In this document: positions 63,059-64,000 of the stretch, in pieces | How the letters are laid out: each line of letters opens with the position of its first letter | Position numbering within the stretch: the stretch's first letter is position 1 | Source of the DNA: Callorhinchus milii | Lineage: Eukaryota | Assembly: GCF_018977255.1 (NCBI RefSeq) | Contig: NW_024704742.1 | Span: 90,088,001 to 90,152,000 of the forward strand | DNA: 64,000 nucleotides | Direction of reading: 5' to 3' | Translations under genes and position numbers: made by a program | The notes under the pieces: generated by a model | What the model was told of the DNA's origin: nothing | Seen by the model: the letters and a program-made list of their open reading frames with translations, nothing else | The model's database searches: none

Positions 63059-64000
63059 TGGTGTTTAGATGCAGCCTGAGAAGAGCGTTTCTGCAAAGTG
63101 AAAGACCTGAGCAACTTGTAACTCTGCTCAAACAATTTAGCATTGCAGGGAACCTTTATTGAAACCATAAAGTAGACCTTCCATTGCTCCATCAATAATA
63201 GCCACTAATGATTTATCCAGGCTGGGTCCTTTTTAAGGGCCAATTCTACAAATAGTTTTCTGTATTATACATACTGTATTTTAGAGAGTAGCAGAGGATC
63301 TCTTAAACCTGCTGAGTATGGAAAAGTGTCGGTTACATGCTACTTAAATACTGTGCTGGAATTCTCTTTAAATCCTTCCTAACCTCATTGTGTAAGTTAT
63401 AAACGGTCAGTAAACTTAAACAATGAATAAAACCATAAATATGTGCTGGCTGAAATGGTGATACTGTGAACAGAAAAGACCTGAATGGAAATCATAATAC
63501 CCAGACATTGACAGAGCAGGTAGTTGTCAATGTCTTGGCAGCTATGACCAGTCCATGTTAGAACTGACTGACCACCATTGTATTAGCACAAAGTCAGGCT
63601 TATTACCCGTCAGTGTGATGATTGGCTGATTTGATACACAGCGCTCTGTCTTGCGGTGACAGCAAATATTTCCAATAGCTATGTGGGTAAGTTTATAAGC
63701 ACTTCTTGTTCTAGAAATTCTAATTTGTGTGTCTAAAAGTGTTTCCTTCGCTCTTTGGTTATGTGCGCCATTGGTGAAGCCCTAAAAAAGGATCACTTGT
63801 AATGAGCTTCTTTTTGTTCAGGTGTCATTCCTATTCAGTCCTCCATGCTGCAGAAATCTCATTTTTTTTTATCATTTGGGGAGCTGGATGTGAATCTGCT
63901 TAAGAACATTGAAGAATATAGGTGCAGAGAGAGAGAAACAAACAGAGCAAAGAGCACAATGGTTGCTATACTGCTGGAGTTGGTGGGAGATAATATCTGT

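Overview
AT-rich, repeat-dense vertebrate genomic DNA, most likely from a cartilaginous fish (chimaera/elephant-shark-like, inferred from the SINE, L2, CR1 and Penelope repertoire). The only protein-coding host gene I can support is the 5' end of ADAMTSL1 (punctin-1) on the minus strand. It has a signal-peptide exon (27383-27436), an intron of about 23.2 kb, and the 128-nt exon starting thrombospondin repeat 1 (4047-4174). The gene continues off the left edge. The supplied ORF track misses the second exon and reports the first only as part of a read-through ORF. The rest is intron or upstream DNA containing: about 20 copies of a tRNA-Ala-derived SINE with CORE-like and Deu-like bodies and an L2 tail; older Deu-SINEs; nested L2 and CR1 LINE fragments; a Tigger-like MITE; two palindromic ~235-bp element families; and an unclassified poly(A)-ended repeat. 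Most ORFs in the track are spurious or decayed LINE ORF2. I found no convincing new multi-gene system. The best leads are the unclassified repeat families, an apparent SINE 3'-tail switch to match the young L2, and inverted repeats around ADAMTSL1 exon 2. Repeat boundaries were read by eye and are approximate (about 10-20 nt).
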